A stretch of DNA of 63,984 nucleotides, the filler included, from Lenisia limosa (lineage: Eukaryota; Protista; Breviatea): NCBI GenBank assembly GCA_001655205.1. It is 10 parts of 10 records of this genome, joined end to end, with 100 filler letters (N's around TTAATTAATTAA, not from the genome) between each part and the next. Parts side by side here need not be neighbours in the genome. Positions count along the whole stretch, not along the records: positions 56,844 to 61,139 come from LPNZ01011198.1; positions 61,240 to 62,612 come from LPNZ01004531.1; positions 62,713 to 63,984 come from LPNZ01000741.1; 7 more parts are not named here. One strand, written 5' to 3'. How positions within the stretch are numbered: the first letter of the stretch is position 1; each line of letters starts with the position of its first letter. Of this stretch, positions 60,945 through 63,984 are shown piece by piece. The position numbers and the translations under genes were made by a program. The notes beneath the pieces are model-generated. The model was not told where the DNA came from. It worked only from the letters and a program-made list of their open reading frames with translations, and did not search any database.

Positions 60945-61030
60945 TATCCCCCGTGTGTGTTGTTAGCCAACCGAGTTGATTTCGGCTTTTGTTTTTGTTT
61001 CATAATTTTCCAATTACACCCCCCCTTTCA
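60945..61030 (+). repeat. Family 3 3' half
   Basis: GTGTGTTGTTAGCCAACCGAGTTGATTTCGGC...TTTCATAATTTTCCAATTACACCCCCCC. Confidence 0.8.
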
Positions 61031-61183
61031 TTCGGGTTTGTAGCTGTTTGATATATCATATGTATCTCAGGGTTTTGTTTCTCTTTTTTATTTCCCTCTT
61101 TTGTCCCGATTCAATGTTTTGCCGTGTTACCCGTGTGTTNNNNNNNNNNNNNNNNNNNNNNNNNNNNNNNNNNNNNNNNNNNN

Positions 61184-61195
61184 TTAATTAATTAA
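61184..61195. other. Artificial scaffold linker
   Basis: TTAATTAATTAA within N run. Confidence 0.97.
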
Positions 61196-61239
61196 NNNNN
61201 NNNNNNNNNNNNNNNNNNNNNNNNNNNNNNNNNNNNNNN

Positions 61240-62510
61240 CCCACCAGGATTGGCGTTATCACACTCCTCAGTAAGGGGGTCGAAAACGTCATCACCGCAA
61301 TGGCAAGCTGAAGTACCGTCTCCACTAGGGGGAAAGTCAAGGAGGTTCGAGTGGTAGAAATGTTAACCCATTAGTAAAAAAAAAATAAAACAAATAACTA
61401 AACTGTTAGGCCAATATAAAAGATTAAAAAAACTTTGGGAGTTTCCATTGTTTTTTCAAAAAAATACGGATGGATGAACCTCACCATTCGGCGTAGCCAA
61501 GAGCAACCTGGCCACTAGCGGGGATCTCACATTGGCCATCAACTGGAGCAACGGGCGTCCAAGTACCTCCGTTGAGCTGTAAGCACGAGGGTTCGCATCC
61601 TGACGTGCGTAAGTTTTTTGTTTGTGTCTCACATATACTGTTACAAAAAGATGTACATAATGCCCAAAAAGATATGGTGGTAAGTCTTGGCTAACCAAGG
61701 CAGTCGGAGTCACTACGTCTGCGCGCAGCGTTCATGTCGAGGAGGGTTCCGGCGGGGGCGGTGATGGTTAACATGCCTAAAAAGGAAGGTTAGTAGGCGA
61801 ATCTTCAAATAAAAGGAAGGTAAATTTTGGGTTGCCTTAAAAAAAAGGTGGAACTTGCCTGAAATAGAAGGTATTCAAAGTCGCTCACCAGAAGAGAGGG
61901 AAAGACCGGGTGGAATGTTGAAGAGTTCAGCATTTGCCTCTAAAACGGAAACAAATCCGGCTGAAGCTACGGACAGGTCAATTGTTCCGACAACCTGCAA
62001 AATAAGATACAATACAGAAAACATACAATTTATGAGGCAGCTTAAGTGAAAAAAAAAAAAGGAGACAAAGTGAACAAAGAAGAAAGCAATTTGCTTTGAC
62101 AAAAGGACGCACCAAATTACACTAAAAAAATGACTGACAGTGCATGTGTGTTGACTATAATTGAACAATAATACCAGATTTTGACAACGACCTTCCTTAT
62201 TAGGCAAGTCTACACATTTCAAATCAGTGAAAACCCCCAAAAATCCCCCCAAGGTTACCTGGGTGCCTTCGGCAACATCATTCGACTGAACAACGAAGTT
62301 CGGTGAGGAGAACGTGACGGCGGCGCCGGCAGTGGCGATGGACTGAAGCACATCTCCGGCCGCTGTCAGAGCCACGTCAGATCCCGAAGACCTGGGAGGT
62401 ATAAGCGATATTGAATTGTAGCTATAATACATTAATTCAATTATTCGAACTTCAGCTTTTGGAACCGAAAGCGAAGCCGTAATGGTAATGTGTACAAATG
62501 CTTCCATCGT
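61240..62510 (-). CDS. Probable cell-surface protein fragment with a Cys-rich repeat
   Basis: Ala/Val/Thr-rich exons, then CHCGDDVFDPLTEECDNANPG, resembling the CGDG...EECDDGN Myxococcus-type cysteine-rich repeat. Confidence 0.55.
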
Positions 62511-62656
62511 GTACGTTAACCCATATCCACAGGACGATGGTTCACATGTGAAAATGATCCAAAAAGTGATATGGTTTCAATTTTGTTTTGCAGTCTATTG
62601 AAACTAGGATCANNNNNNNNNNNNNNNNNNNNNNNNNNNNNNNNNNNNNNNNNNNN

Positions 62657-62668
62657 TTAATTAATTAA
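62657..62668. other. Artificial scaffold linker
   Basis: TTAATTAATTAA within N run. Confidence 0.97.
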
Positions 62669-62807
62669 NNNNNNNNNNNNNNNNNNNNNNNNNNNNNNNN
62701 NNNNNNNNNNNNTTTCATGATAATATATTTTATTTATTTCGGCAACACATCCATTGAAATGTTGTACCGTATTTATCCTTCGAAACAGAGGGTTATTATT
62801 ATTGCTA

Positions 62808-62901
62808 GTGCTTCCCTACGTCCCAAAAAGACTGAATTTCTTGGTAAATCCTTAATAAATATCGATATTTTAAAGGTATTTTTTGGATCATAGGGAAGCC
62901 C
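62808..62901. mobile_element. MITE family 1B
   Basis: TA|GTGCTTCCCTACGTCCCAAAAAG...TTTTTGGATCATAGGGAAGCCC|TA. Confidence 0.88.
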
Positions 62902-62908
62902 TAATTAT

Positions 62909-63570
62909 TACTAATCCATACAGCCTCCGGAATCTCTTGCGCCTAGTTACTTGAGTAACACCTATTCAATGGTAAGCTTTTGCTGGTCCATCTCTTGCCT
63001 CCCCCCTTGGATGCCGGTTCAGATTATGCAGTTCGTGATTAGTACCTTTACGCCAATATTCGTCATCGAAATTTCCTTCGTTTTACGAGTGATGGGATGT
63101 GGCTGCAGAAGCGACTGGTTGTGGCTTTGTTTTGTTGCTTTCAATCCTCGTGTTTTGTTAGAGTTGATTTTGAGCCTTTTTTTTTTGTTTCATAAATTGT
63201 CCAATTTTACCCCCTTCCCCCATCTTCTAATTTTACCTGTCAGGCGCCCTCTCTCATGCGACTCAATAAACTGATCGAACTCACACAGCCCTCAGATAGC
63301 ACCCGAGGTTTGGTAGGGAAGGGGTAACAGTAGAGGTGATTAGATAACCCCCCCGAGACTTCTATCTTCTAAATTTGCCAATTTTACCTAGTACAGAAAA
63401 AATTCAAATAAACAAATATTTCTTCGATTCTATTTTTTTTTGTTAATTACCCCATGTAAACTAATACACGCTGATTTAATTTTTGCTAATTCCCCTAGAT
63501 AAGCAACCACGGACATCGTATGCGCTGCCTCCGAAAACAGGCAGTCCAGGGTCGAAAGGAAGACAACTGA
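62909..63570 (+). CDS. Unidentified multi-exon gene fragment
   Basis: Phase-consistent exons PPESLAPSYLSNTYSM | IMQFVISTFTPIFVIEISFVLR | APSLMRLNKLIELTQPSDSTR | DKQPRTSYALPPK. Confidence 0.55.
63089..63243 (+). mobile_element. Family 3 copy forming a complete 155-nt intron (introner-like candidate)
   Basis: CGA|GTGATGGGATGTGGCTGCAGAAGCGACTGG...GAGTTGATTTTGAGCC...TTTCATAAATTGTCCAATTTTACCCCC...CTGTCAG|GCG; removal keeps the reading frame. Confidence 0.7.
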
Positions 63571-63984
63571 TGTGAGCGTTTTGAGAACCAGTTCTTCATC
63601 AAAAATTTATGCTGGGGAGGCACGCTGAAAGCTGTGTGCACAGAGTTGTAATGCAAATGGATAAAATACCCCCCATATTTCTCACTTCTATTGTAGTGAC
63701 AATGCCACCGTCAGTACACTAGACCTGGATTCCATCATTGAGCGGCCCAATACGGGAACCTCCCAGAGAAGCTCTGAGGTACGCCCAGGATAATATTATT
63801 TATCATATCGCTTTGTGGTTATTTTCACACGTGTGAACATTCCTTTTTCACGCAATGATATTATACCCTGGGTCCACTCGTGTGATAATTGTCCGACAAA
63901 TATGGATATATGAGATGTAGTTGTTGTTATATAGGGGGGGGGGGTGTTGTTACGAGAAGAGAAGAAGAGGGTCGTTTTCTGTTG

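Overview
Draft genome sequence of an intron-dense, AT-rich eukaryote, most likely a protist (species not identifiable from the sequence; no departure from the standard code seen). The window is not contiguous DNA: nine 100-nt spacers (44 N + TTAATTAATTAA + 44 N) join ten separate scaffolds, so adjacency across spacers is meaningless. Genes are split into many short exons with GT-AG introns, so most six-frame ORFs are artefacts. By manual splicing I recognise transaldolase, a SNF1/AMPK-family kinase, NAF1, ELP3, a type I DnaJ, cobalamin-dependent methionine synthase (MetH), a membrane class III nucleotide cyclase-like protein and a TRPC4AP-like protein, plus several unidentified membrane or surface proteins. 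The most notable signals are in the introns: (1) a ~130-155 nt repeat with no obvious terminal inverted repeats occurs about 15 times, nearly always sense to the host gene and usually ending at the 3' splice site, and in one case it forms an entire intron (introner-like candidate); (2) exon-intron junctions are tandemly amplified; (3) introns tend to have G-runs at the 5' end and C-runs at the 3' end; (4) three TA-flanked MITE families are present. No rRNA, tRNA or CRISPR array was seen. All family assignments are from motif recognition by eye, not database searches.
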